Shown here: piece by piece, positions 30,520 through 43,300 of the stretch | Position numbering within the stretch: position 1 is the first letter of the stretch | Layout of the letters: each line of letters opens with the position of its first letter | Virus record (IMG/VR): IMGVR_UViG_3300028171_000090 | Span: 159,017 to 223,016 of that record | From: a virus | Taxonomy: Duplodnaviria > Caudoviricetes | Direction: 5' to 3' (one strand) | Length of the DNA: 64,000 bases | Notes under the pieces: generated by a model | Database searches by the model: none | What the model was told of the DNA's origin: nothing | The model's input: the letters and a program-made list of their open reading frames with translations, nothing else | Position numbers and translations under genes: made by a program

Positions 30520-31485
30520 ATGATGATTAAATCAGAACAACCTAAGTTCAAAACGTTTAGCCGTAATTACAAAGGTAATGCCCACCAAGCAGGTATGGGA
30601 TTACAGAAAGAAATGGAGTTAAACGAATCAACGCGTATTGACAACGAATTACAAGATCGTCAAAGCTCAATGAAGAACTTTGTTTCACCGGGTGCAAGAC
30701 GTGAGCAAGAAGCTCGTCTAACAGAAGCATACCATAAGTCTTTATCTCAAGTCTTATTAGAGTCTGCTGTTGCGGATATCTACATTCAAGCCTTACCAAT
30801 TGACGAGCATGTTAAAATCGAGAAGCGTCCACAGTTATTACAATATGTGAGTGAGAGCTTCCAACAAGAGTTTGGTGCAGATGCTACAAAGACAATGAAG
30901 AAGTTCGGTGAGAAATCTGAATTCCTACACATTCTTTGTGAAGCTGTAAAAGAAAAGGTAAGCCAAAAAGTAAAAGAGCAACGTCAAGCACAAACACTTG
31001 AGAATCGTATTGAATCTATTACAGATTGCGATAACAGTGTGAAGATTGATGTTGAATCTAAACTAGGTGTACAAGAAGTAACAAATGTTATCAAAGACAA
31101 AGTTACAAAAGTAGTAGCCGATGAAATCAAAGCACAAGAAGAACAGCAGCAACTGGTTCAAGATATTGCTGGTGCAAAATCTCTTAATGAGAGCGCTCGT
31201 TTAATTCCGAAAGCTCCTGTAGAAGAGTTCACGATGTTCAAGAGTATGATGATTCATAATCATAAGGAAAGCTTATCTGAAGCAATGCAAGCAGAGGGTG
31301 GAACTGATTATGTGAATCTGAATGAATCTGGCGCTTACAGTGTAGACATGGAAATGATTCTTGCTGAATCTATCATGCAATACACAATGATGGAAACATT
31401 CTATACATTACGTATGTCTGATTACTCTCGTACTGAATTACAAGAAAAAGCACGTAAGTTAGCTTACGGTAAAAAAATTGGATAA
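30520..31485 (+). CDS. Virion/prohead protein rich in L-x-E sites (scaffold-like)
   Basis: LNES x3, LTEA, LLES, LCEA, LSEA, LAES. Confidence 0.5.
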   Translation: MMIKSEQPKFKTFSRNYKGNAHQAGMGLQKEMELNESTRIDNELQDRQSSMKNFVSPGARREQEARLTEAYHKSLSQVLLESAVADIYIQALPIDEHVKIEKRPQLLQYVSESFQQEFGADATKTMKKFGEKSEFLHILCEAVKEKVSQKVKEQRQAQTLENRIESITDCDNSVKIDVESKLGVQEVTNVIKDKVTKVVADEIKAQEEQQQLVQDIAGAKSLNESARLIPKAPVEEFTMFKSMMIHNHKESLSEAMQAEGGTDYVNLNESGAYSVDMEMILAESIMQYTMMETFYTLRMSDYSRTELQEKARKLAYGKKIG

Positions 31486-31524
31486 AAAGTCCCGATAGGT
31501 CTCTATGACCTATCGGAATTCTTT

Positions 31525-31932
31525 TTATAGATAGATAGCAAACATGCCATCCTCTTCGTATTTTACTTCTAATAATCGTTTCAATTCATCACGGTCATCT
31601 GTAAATGTACCGTCTGTAATTAGATGATCATTAATAAAAGTATATGTAGCCTCATTAATTAATGAGACGATTGTCTCAGGTTCTTTCTCGAACTTTTGAC
31701 GACCTTTCTTTGATAAGGAAATGAATATGTAGTTCTGACCAGCTTTAAATAGCTTCATGAACTTTCCGTCTGTATAACAAGACTTACATACCATTTCTAA
31801 TTGCTTTTTATCGACACTGTAGTGTCGGTGGTAAGTGCCACGAATCTTTTGTCGATTCGTGCGTTTTCTCCCCATAATGTTAAAATCTGATTGACCTAAT
31901 AATCCCATATCAAGTTGTACTGCCTTCGGCAT
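31525..31932 (-). CDS. Hypothetical protein
   Basis: 135 aa, GAGAGGGG RBS. Confidence 0.7.
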   Translation of the reverse strand: MPKAVQLDMGLLGQSDFNIMGRKRTNRQKIRGTYHRHYSVDKKQLEMVCKSCYTDGKFMKLFKAGQNYIFISLSKKGRQKFEKEPETIVSLINEATYTFINDHLITDGTFTDDRDELKRLLEVKYEEDGMFAIYL

Positions 31933-31946
31933 TGTAATTCCCCTCT

Positions 31947-32627
31947 CTAGTTTTCATGATATTCTCTTATTAGCCCATTGTCTTTCATCTCTTTAAATGT
32001 TTTACTTTTTAGAATCGCCTTTTTATTAAATTCACTATCGAATGTTTTATCATATTGTACGATAATCTCCATTCGAGGTTTTGTAGAGTAATACTTCTCT
32101 ACCGTTGCTTTCACTACGATAGCATCATCAATCCAGATACTACCATTCATAATGTCTGTTGTTTTACCTAAGTTATCCCAGTCAGGTTTCTTTAATGGAA
32201 GTATCTTTTCAGCTTCTGCTAATATCTTCTCATTCTTTGTCATACCTGACGAAGGCATTGGTAAATAGTATTTACACTTTAATCTACATGCAGTATAGAT
32301 AATATCTACTGAACCAAAATTCTCAATAAGATATTTCCGAAAGAATTTATTCATTGCGTCCGCATTTGGTACGTATGTATGAATATGGTTTCCCATCCGT
32401 CTATATCTAGGACGTGACGCACCTTTCGGAACGGTATATAAAACAAACTTTAGTTTGTGTCGCTTTATCTTATTAATATGGACAACGTCCATCATTAAAT
32501 CGCGTAGTTTGGTTTCAGTAATATTATTCATCATAGTCATGATGCGTTCATAAAAGTCGTTTGATACGACTTCGTATTTTTCATATTCTTGTTCTATACT
32601 CACTCTTTTAACTTTTTTCTTCCCCAT
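31947..32627 (-). CDS. rusA: RusA-like Holliday junction resolvase
   Basis: KKPDWDNLGK...IWIDDAIVV...EKYY catalytic pattern. Confidence 0.85.
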   Translation of the reverse strand: MGKKKVKRVSIEQEYEKYEVVSNDFYERIMTMMNNITETKLRDLMMDVVHINKIKRHKLKFVLYTVPKGASRPRYRRMGNHIHTYVPNADAMNKFFRKYLIENFGSVDIIYTACRLKCKYYLPMPSSGMTKNEKILAEAEKILPLKKPDWDNLGKTTDIMNGSIWIDDAIVVKATVEKYYSTKPRMEIIVQYDKTFDSEFNKKAILKSKTFKEMKDNGLIREYHEN

Positions 32628-32694
32628 GATATTCTCCTTTTTATAAAATATATCAGTAGGTACACTATTACAGTGTTATCCTACTGATAGAAAG

Positions 32695-34332
32695 TTAACG
32701 TAAATAAGAGCGTAGCTTATTACCTACAGACTCTAACATTTTACTTGCAACGTCACCTGGAATATCAGTTACTTTGTTTTGTAACCATGCTTGATACATC
32801 GTTAACTTACGTCCGATATCCGGTTTGTTTATATTGATACCACAAGTTGTACCGATGAAGTCCAAGTATTCAGTGTTTGACATAGCTGATACATCGGTAG
32901 CTCTAGCAATACTTAGATTTTCATATAAGTCTTTTAAGCTGATAGATACATCTATCTCTGTCGGTAATCCTTCTGAACTCCATCCACCTTGTGCGGCTTT
33001 CTTAATGTTAACGCTTTCAACCATTCCCATGTTACAGTTGAACCATCCTTTACAGAATGCACGGATTAAGAATGGATGCATATAGCCAGCACGACCAACT
33101 TGTCGTGGGAAGGAGAATGCAATAATATGGAATAGTGGTACCATAATATTTGTAAAGATACTTTCCTTATCCCCATAAGGTGATACTAGACGTATCTCAA
33201 TATTATACCCTTTACCATATTGTGAATCTTTCCATACTTCAGGATACGCTACGTTCGCACCATTTACGATGGTTAGACCGTAATCAACCATCTGGCTAAT
33301 AACAGCGTTATTCGTGAAGTTTACAGCATTGAATACTTTACGTACAGCACCATCATAAGAAGCTTTAGAAGCATCTGTGATAGCTGTATCATTCATTGCG
33401 TCACCCATTAAAAATCGTAATTCTTTTACCATTCCTTGCGCTTTACCAGATAAACCTTCTACAAGAGATGATTGCTCTGTCGCATTACTTGAACTTTCAT
33501 TAAATGATGTTTGTCCAGCATTTATATAGAATGGTACACTTGGTTCTTCACCAAGGAATGAGAATAAACCTTTTTCACTACTATATGGACTCTTTGTTCC
33601 ATATGGGTCCCAACTGAAGTTCTTATAGTCGGTACCGGTATCATAGGCATTTGATCTACCTAATCCTAAGTAGATAGCGCCTAGACGACATAAACTGTTT
33701 ACATAGTGAATGTAATCGGTATAAGCGGTTTCGAACTCATAATAACGTCCGTGACTTTTACCTGTAATAATATCATCTAATGTGCCAGCTTCACCTGTTC
33801 CTAACGAACCGATGAAACCTTGTTTAATTTTTTCTTTATCTTTCCCTGTACCGCCAAGCTTCGCTCGTCCTGGGGTAATAACTAACATCGATAAGTCCGT
33901 CATGATTGTATCTAAATACGTTCTACCGTAATCTGATTTAGACGGTCTTGGGTCAGCTGTTGGGATAAATTGATGAGGCATACCTAGAATGAAGTTCATG
34001 TTACCAATCTTCTCCATACTATAATCTGCACTTGTAAATAGTTTTGCTATTTCTGCTTTTTCAGCATCTGTTAATGGTGGTGGTCCAGGCGGTGTAGCAG
34101 GAGCTGGACTTGTACTATTTGCATTATTATTTGGGTCTAAGTCCTTTTTCTTTACTACCCATTCACCAGATGACCATCCACCACGGTCATGTTTATACCA
34201 ACCGTTTTTATATTCAGTTGCAATAACTTTCGTACCTTTTGGTAAACGTCCAACAATCGCATAGTTTGTACCTGGACCAGTACGTACACGCAAAGGTAAT
34301 GTATTGGTTGCAACTTCCATTTCATACTTCAT
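32695..34332 (-). CDS. SH3b-domain baseplate/tail tube-junction protein (gp48/54-like)
   Basis: N-terminal LRVRTGPGTNYAIVGRLPKG..WYK..GWSSG (SH3b), Pro-rich linker, tube-like C-terminal domain (YPEVWKDS, PFLIRAFCKG). Confidence 0.65.
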   Translation of the reverse strand: MKYEMEVATNTLPLRVRTGPGTNYAIVGRLPKGTKVIATEYKNGWYKHDRGGWSSGEWVVKKKDLDPNNNANSTSPAPATPPGPPPLTDAEKAEIAKLFTSADYSMEKIGNMNFILGMPHQFIPTADPRPSKSDYGRTYLDTIMTDLSMLVITPGRAKLGGTGKDKEKIKQGFIGSLGTGEAGTLDDIITGKSHGRYYEFETAYTDYIHYVNSLCRLGAIYLGLGRSNAYDTGTDYKNFSWDPYGTKSPYSSEKGLFSFLGEEPSVPFYINAGQTSFNESSSNATEQSSLVEGLSGKAQGMVKELRFLMGDAMNDTAITDASKASYDGAVRKVFNAVNFTNNAVISQMVDYGLTIVNGANVAYPEVWKDSQYGKGYNIEIRLVSPYGDKESIFTNIMVPLFHIIAFSFPRQVGRAGYMHPFLIRAFCKGWFNCNMGMVESVNIKKAAQGGWSSEGLPTEIDVSISLKDLYENLSIARATDVSAMSNTEYLDFIGTTCGININKPDIGRKLTMYQAWLQNKVTDIPGDVASKMLESVGNKLRSYLR

Positions 34333-34395
34333 GATTCCACCTCTTTTTTAAAAAATAGTAGAATGCGTAGAGAAATTAATCTCTACGCATCATGC

Positions 34396-37300
34396 TTAGT
34401 ACTTTTTCCCTTTGGCAATATTTTTGGCTGATAAGTATCCTCGTTGGACGGGATTACTATTTCTATCTTGTGTAGTCAAAACATTGAATGGATTTGCATC
34501 CACAGCCATTATATTGACGGGAGTCTCTGAATTGGTTGAATCCTTATCGTTACTATCGTTTTGAGTTTGTACATTGTTTTGCACTACAATATTATGTTCC
34601 TTCTGTGCTATTTCAGACGTGTTATCACGTATCACATCAGTGTTTCCTGCGATGCGTTCAAGCACTTCTAGCACCTGAGCATAGCCCATATTAGAAGAAT
34701 ACTCTTTTGCAATGCGTGAATCTGTCAACGCTTTATTCATTCTGTCCGCATCTCTAGAGATGGTTCTAGATAAGAAGCTACTAATTTGAGAACCATCCAT
34801 AGTGTTTGGTTTCGCAGTAGGAGCTTGAGGCGTTGGATTTGCTTGCTTATACACATTTGTAACCTTAATCTTAGGAGCTTCTAAATTCAGCGGAGCTGAA
34901 GTATCTTCTCCTTCACCACCATTACCAGCACGTTGCGTTGCCGTGTTTGGCATCGTATTGAAACGTGTAAGGTTATTCTGACGAACATAGGTTTTTAAGC
35001 GTTGAGTATAACCGTCACCAACTGTTGCATAGTGAGGTAATAATCCATCGATAGAGCGCTGCCAATCGCTTGTCATAACGCCAGAGTACCATTGAGGGTT
35101 ACCTGCAATAGTTTTTGCACCATGGTTGATGATACCATCATTGATACCAGTCATACCACGGAATCCATCCATGATACTTACTCGACCGCCACCTGATCCT
35201 TCGTGTGTTTTCGTATTAATAACAGGTCCTTTATAAGTTGAACCCTCTTTAATACCGAATACGTTATTTAGGATTGTACTTTTACCCCAACCAGATTCTT
35301 CAATTGCTTGTGCGATTGTAGTAGATGCTGGGATATTATAGTTCTTTTGGTTCTCAATTGCTTGAGGTGCAACTAGATTAATGAATCCTTCTTTACCTAG
35401 TTTCAAGTCACGTATGTTTTCACCTTTGTTACCACGGTAAACCGGGTTTCCTCGTTTGGTCTGACCAATTTGAGGACCAATAGGTTGCATGTCATACGGA
35501 GTTGGTTGTCCAGGTTTAATGTCGCCTACAACGCCACCTGTTGGACCACTAGTTGCATTTGGTGCTGGACCTTGAGCTGTAACCTCTGGTTCATATTTCG
35601 ACGGATCGAATTCTTTACCAGTCATTGCAGACTCAGCTAAACCAGCCGTATACTTACCGTATTGAATAAATGCATCCATAAGAGTTGGTTCTTTTTGCTG
35701 AACAGCCGCAGCTGTCATTGTTTGACCATCTGGCATTGTTACACCTGGAGCTGTTGTGATGCTTCCAGATAAACCTTTACCATTCTTAGTTGCTACCCAT
35801 GCATTACGCATTGATCCGAAGATTGTGCTTGTAGGGTATTCAATACTACGTTCTCTACTTACAGGGTCATTTACAATAATCTTCGTACCATCTGGAGAAA
35901 CTCCACGACCTACGATGAAGTGACCACCGCTTGTAAATGGTTTTCCACCTCGACCAGACATAACAACAGGTTTTCCATCACGAAGTGATTGAAGGATTCT
36001 GTCTTTGTTACTGCCAGCATCTTCGAAGTTTACACCATACGCGTTACCAATTGCTTTCCAGTAAGACCATGCAGTACCTGCACCTGGAACACGGTGACCG
36101 TGTTTAACAGACCAGTCAGCGGTCTCTGGAGGAGTAATCGCTTTATTGTTAAATGAACTTAATACCATTGCGGCTGAAGTCGGACCACAACCTGCAACTT
36201 TAATTGAATCTGCACCATACATTGTACTAGCCCAACGAGGGTCACCTTGTGAGTAGTACACCATACCGTTTGCAATGTCTCCAGAACCAGGGTTTGTAGA
36301 AACTCCATCCTCTGGACCATTACCAGCTTGACCTGTACGATGTCCATATAACTTATTACATTCTTCACCAATGCAGTCTCTAGAACTTAATCCATTTCCT
36401 GCACGGCTTGTATTTCCGTTACGTTGGTTTGCATCTTGCTGTTGACGATCTTGAGCGCCACCGAACACACTACCGAGTGCATCCATGCCTTGCTCAACTT
36501 TATTACTACCCCAATTCCAAGCGGATTTTGCACCGTTAACGATTCCAGATCCAAGGTCTTTTGCACCTTCAACGACACCGCCAACAAATGATGATTCACC
36601 GTTACCGTTCTTCATGTTAAACCAAGAACCTAGGGTAGAGTTTAGATTATCTAAACCTTTGCCTATACCTTTCGTTACATCACTTACGAAGCCTCCAGTG
36701 TCTTTTAACAGACCATTCCACATGTCCGAGAAACCTTTAGCTACATCGCCTGCAACTTTACCGATAGAATCTCCCCAAGAATTTAGTTTCTCAGATGCAA
36801 TATCTGATAACTTCATAGGGTTCCCATCTTTATCTTTCTTACCTAATAATCCACCGAAGTAGTCATCCATTTTACCAGGAGCTTTACCAATCCAATCGAC
36901 CGTGTCCGAAGTCCACTTACCGATGTCTTTTCCGATACCTTTCCACGTTTCCGCAACAAGTGTACCAATATCTCCTGCAACGCGAGCTGCTTCTTTAGAG
37001 TATTTATTCCATGTATTAGATATACCTTTAGACAATGGAATATTATTTCCTTTTTCATCTTTCATGCCAAAATAAGCACCCATTGTAGCATCGGCTGCTG
37101 TGACACCTAAACCAATATTCTTTTTAGTTTTATCTTTGAAGTCTGTAAATTGTTTACTTGCGTCATCCCAAAGAGATTTAGCAGAGTCTTCAATTTTTAA
37201 TAGGAAACCTTTCGTAGTCTTAGAAGCATCTTCGGAGTCAATTAGACCTCCAGTAATCATTTCAACGAATTTACCTTCAGCTACAGAAATACGGTCACTA

Positions 37301-40300
37301 ATGTTTAACTTAACGCCGTCTTTTAATCCAAGCTGTTTATGAACTTCGCTGTCATTGAATGCTGCGAATGGAGTACCTGTTGTTACGAATTTCTTCGCAC
37401 CATTATAAGCTTTTCCTGCTCCGTCAGCAATTGAACTTCCAACTTTCTTCGCACCGTTCCATGTGTTACTAGCGACTGTAGCTACGCCAGAACCAAATGA
37501 TTTAGCGCCGTCTACAACTTTACCAGTAACAGAACCAGTTACGTCTGCAATTTTCTTACCAACAGATTTAGTACCCTCCCAAGCGGCAGAACCCCATTCT
37601 TTGGCTTTATCAATACCTTTATCCATGAAGTTAGCATTAACCTTCTTATTGTATTGATTTGCAGTAAGTTGCTCTTTCTTATCTTTACCTTCGTTGTATT
37701 TATTAAGTTGATTTGTGAATTGACCTTGAGCCTGAGCTAATGTCTCTTCGTCTTTCTCATCACCTAAAGCATTGTAAATAACTTCAGCGATAGACTTAAT
37801 AGGTACAGTACCGAATGTAATATTGTTATCCACCATGTTAGCTAATGTTGCAGCACGTTTCATGGAGAACGTTGGTGAGAAATCTGGCGGTAATTGGAAT
37901 ATCTTATTTGTATCCATAGCTCCGAATATTGCATCAGAACCTAATAAGATACCTGTAGTAATACCACCTGTCACAGCACCAGTACTTAGAGCGGCAACAC
38001 GAGCTGCTGCTTTCGGTCCTACTTTTTGAGCGATAGTTGGAGCCATTTTCGTAGCTATATCCTTCATCGCTTGTGCTGGATTAGACTTAAATGCTTTACC
38101 GATAACATCTAGAGAAGACTCTACACCTTTACCGATAGCATTCTTTTTAACCTCACGTATTTTAGAGTTAACGCCATATGTTACAACGCCTTCCCCTACA
38201 GTTTGTACGAGAGATTGATTTTCAGATTCAGACCCCATTAGGTTTTCGTTAACAGTGTCGCCACCTAACATTAAGCCACCTATTAGAGCACCACCTGTAA
38301 GAGCTGCACCTAACGGTCCACCCATCTTAGGTAGTTTGAATCCTTTCTTAGGAGCTGTAGCTCCAGCAGTTCCTCCACCTGGGAATGGGATAACGTTTCC
38401 ACGTCCTCCACCACCACCTGGTGTAGTAGGTGCTTTACCACCTTTACCACCAAAGAACTTACCTACTAATGGTAATCCTGCTAATACTGCACCGGCACCT
38501 CCAGCTGCTTTACCAGCCGCGCCACCAGCGCCTCCTTTTCCACCTTTACCTCCCTTGCCACCAGCTCCAGCGCCTGCGACCGTTGGTCCGCCTTTGCCTC
38601 CAAGTCCTCCCACCGGAAGTAACTTAGCAAGTTTAGCTAATAATGAACCAGTACGAATACCGTCCCATAGATGCGTGAATAACTTCATCGCAGTCTTTAA
38701 GAATGGAATTAATAATGTACCAGCAAATGATAATAGCTTACCTAAGAATCCGAATCGAGAAGCTGAATCCTTTTGCATTAAGCTATAGATTTTAGGAACA
38801 GTTTCGGCTGAAACAGTTTGAATCGAACGGAACTTCGCTTCAATTGATTCTTTCGCACGAATAGCCTGCTCACTAAGGATATTTTTAACATCTTTAACAG
38901 GAGATTTAGGAGCTGTAACCTCAGCAGGTTTCGCTTCAGGTTTGTCCTCATGTTTTGTTTCTTCTCCGCCACCTTTGAATAAAGATGTGATTTTAGAGAA
39001 TACTCCACCTTTCTTCTTAGTTCCTTCTGTAGAAGCCGCATGTGCTCCGAAGAATTGTAAGAATCCAGGTCCTCCCATTCTCATGCCACCACCAGCAGGT
39101 CCTGTTGTAGATGGTCGTTGCACCCTTTCAGATACACCATCGCCAGGTCCACCGTCTTTGCCACATGTGCAAATACCGAAGTTCGGTTGGGACATGATAG
39201 TCTTAATGTCAGATAATAATGAAACCATTTTATCTTGACGTTTATTAAATTCAGTGTCTGCAATCTTAGTGATTGTGACAGAATATTTCTTCTTCGTTTC
39301 ACCATTCATTCCTAACTTTCCAGCTAAGAATTTAAATGGAGAAGTAGCAATATTCCAAACACCTTTAGTTATAGTCTTAGCGAATGTCCATACCGCTTTA
39401 CCAGCATCAACTAATACTCCAATAAAAGCAGGGATTGCTTTCATTGTCATTTTCGTGATACCTAACGTTATTTCACCCACACCTTTAATCATTGAACCTG
39501 TAAAGTGACCTACACCATAAGCTAACTCACCTACAGCTTTACCAACGCCTTTTGTGAGACCGTAAACGGCACCACCGACACCTTTGATAATTGTATTCAA
39601 TGCATTGAATGAAGTCTTAACAACTCCAACAGCTGCTGCTGCAATTGGTTTCAATCCTTGTACAAGAACGTTACCTGCCGCTGCTACTGCTCCCAGAATA
39701 CGTCCTGGAAGTTTAACTACTTCAGTTGTTACTTTTCCAATGATGTTAAGTGTACCTGTCACCAAGTTACTGATCATCTTAATTGGAACTGCTGCAACTT
39801 TCATTAAAGCATTTAATGGTGTTGTTACAAGAGATTTCAAGAATCCTGTAAACTTACCAAATAAGCCTTTACCTTTCTTATTACCTCTACCAGATTTAAA
39901 TAAACCAGGCATTACAGACGGTAATCCAAATTGCTCAACGAGAATGTTAGATACCATTTCTGTATGGTAACCGACTCCATGTAATTGACCGTGAACTTCA
40001 TCACGAATATCTTGTACATTTTTGTCGATTCTAGATAATGTCAGAGACATATCTGTAATTGCTGTTACTTGCATAATCTTTGTCGCACTTGTAGCTTTCT
40101 TAGACGTTTGCTGATATGAATTATGGTTATCCATATCACGAATATCATCTAAGCGATCATCGTCAGGGTCATCGCCCGAGGCAGCCTCCCCATCTGATGA
40201 AGAACCATCTTTATTATTACTTTGCGTATTTGGTTGACGATTATTATTAGAACGACGGATACGTCTGTTACGACGAGGTTTTCTCTTCTTGGTTTTATTA

Positions 40301-43300
40301 TTATAAGATGGACCACCGTCATTGTTATTCGCACCATTACTAATAGTAGTAAGGATACTATCTAACTTGTCATTGACACCTTCTAATAAATCGTTACCTT
40401 TATCTTTTACATCACCTTTCCATTTGTCAAACTCGTTCTTAACTTTCTCAGTAGCTTCATCAGCTTTCTTACGAGTGTTGTTAATCAGGGTTTTAATCTT
40501 ACTATCTCTTGGAGATGTAGTAGTTTCTTCCCCTTCATATTCAAATGGATCGTAGTCTACAGAATCATCATGTTTCTTATTACGTTTGAAACGAGATTTA
40601 ACTTTATCAGTGAAGATACTGTAAATGTTATTTAAGATATCAACCGTACGGTCGAAGCCTTTCTTCGTTTCAGTCGTATTTGTATCAATTGCTTCCACTT
40701 CAGGTGGTTTGATGTTACCGAAACCATCTTTAAGTCCTTTACCGAACTTGTGATTGTGGACAGCTTGTTTTACATATGGATTAGCCATATCATAATCATA
40801 CTCACGTAAGATTTCAGACATGTCTTTTGTACGCTGTTTCTTCTCTTTGTTAGAGAGTTTCTTTTCAGCGTGCTTAATCTTTTCAGCTTTGTCACGTTCT
40901 TCTTTGTCCGCTTTCCATTGGTCATAGTAAGTTGCAACATTTTGCTTGCGTTGTTCATCTAAGAATCCCATAGCAAGACCGTTTAATCCTTTAACAGGAG
41001 CTGAGATAATTGCGCCGATAGCTTTACCAATTCCTCCGAAGAGTTTACTAGAAAGCTTTTTCAGTGGGTCCATAAAGTAATCATTCATAACTTTCCCGAA
41101 TGGTTTACCGAAAGATTTTTCAAAAGTCTTATCAGCAGCCGAAAGCATACCTTTAAAGAATCCTTTTACTTGATCTTTTAATTGACCTGCAATAATCTTG
41201 AATTGAGCTTTAACAGGGTCTAATGAATCCTTAATTGGGTTCAAGATATGTTTTACACCCCAATGACGAATACCTTCAAACATCTCGCTCATCTTATTTT
41301 TGAAAGGTTCTAATATTTCGAACTTCGTCCATAGTTTCAATTTACCAAATAGACCACCTTCACGTTTTTCAGTTTCAGGGTCTTTCTCACCAAATAAGAA
41401 ACCTTTTACACTATCTGTTTGAGAAGCGATACCAATACCTAAACCAAGTACAGATGCACCGATTACTCCACCTGGAAGTAATAATGAACCTAAAGCACCT
41501 AAGCTAGATTGGAATGCTAATCCACCAACTGTCGCAATACCAGCGATTGGGACAGCAGCTTTTAATTTCTTCATATGCTCGTTAGTGATGATACCGCCTT
41601 TACGTTTACCATCTCCGTCATCTTCACCGAATAACCAGTTCTTGAATTTCTCAGACTGAGCAGCAAAGCCGACCCCAGCACCCATGAATGACCATAGTAA
41701 CATGCTACCTGGTAATAACATACCAGCTCCAGCACCTACTAATCCATGACCTAACATAGATGGAGCATATTTTTTCATAGAGTCTACATATTGCTTTTTA
41801 ATTACACCGTTATCCTTACGAGTACCATCTTCGTTTTCTTCACCAAATAACCAGCCTTTAAATTTATCTGATTTCGCAGCGAATCCAACTCCTGCACCTA
41901 AGAATGACCATGTTAACATACCGCCAGGTAAGAAGAAACTTGCTAACGCACCAGCACTAGCTGTACCAGCCATTGATGGAGCATATTTCTTCATAGCGTC
42001 AACGTATTGCTTTTTAATAACTCCGTTATCTTTACGATTACCGTCACCTAAGTCTTCGCCAAATAACCAGTCTTTTGCTTTATTAGAAGATGTTACATAG
42101 CCAGCCGCGCTACCTATTAACATGCCTCCCATGATACCGAAAGGTCCCATTAAACCTGTAATACCGCCAATGATTGCACCTGCACCCATTTTAGGCATAT
42201 GGTCTTTAATATGCTCATTGTATAACTTACCAGCAGATTGTTTATCAGGGTTTTCGCTACCGAATAATCCTTTATTGAAAGATGTAAATGATTGCTTAAC
42301 AGAGTTTAATGCTTCTGTTAATAATCCACCTTTACGACGAGTACGTTCAATATATTCACCGTTAGCATCGAATCCAGTCTCTGTGAACTTTTCTCCGAAT
42401 AATGAGTCCATTGTCCATTTCGTACGAGCTTTAAAGAAGTCTTTCACATTACCCATGACATTGTCTTGACGTTCATCAACTTTCTTACCCGTTACACGAC
42501 TGGTGTAGCCTTTACCAGTAAAGAAGTTATTTGTTTGATCAACCATATCACGGATGTTATCATAAACGCCTGTAGCGATACCACCTTGACGTTCATTCGT
42601 TGCGTCTAATCTACCAAATAAGAAGTCCATACCTTTGGTATAGGCACCTTTAAATTTAGGAGTTAGACTCTTTTCAAGCTTAGGCATAATACCTTGCTTT
42701 TTATCAAATAACTTATCATGTAAAGGATCAAGAACTTTATCAGTCATATAGTCCGAGAACTTATTTAACTGCTTTTGTAATCCTTGTAAAGAGAAGTCTA
42801 GAACTTTCGTTCTTTCTCCATCAATACCGGCAGAACCTTTACCGTATAAGCTTTCATATAATCTGTCATTTACATCATCTAGGATACCCGATGCAGCTTT
42901 ACCTGGTAACGTAATAGTAGACTTACCTCCACGTTTCAGTTTTAGTAATGTATCTACTGTTTTATTTCCTAGATATTGACGCATAGTCTTTTCAAACTTC
43001 TTACGCTTCGCAGCGTTTTCATCATCTTCATCTTGCTTTCTACCTGACATACTAGAAGCCATGATACCCATAATGGATGTCATATTTAAGTTACTAATAT
43101 CAGATATACCACCCATCAGTTTACCTTTTAAATTCTTTGCTTGCTCTTTTAATTGGTCTGGGGTAGATTTATATACACTGTGGTCGCCAGCACCTGAAAC
43201 TGAATCTTGTCGTAAACTACGAACTTCTTCATGGTACTGTGTTAGACGTTCATCCATATAGCGATAGTCTTTTGTACCAACTTGTTTACGAGAGCGAGCA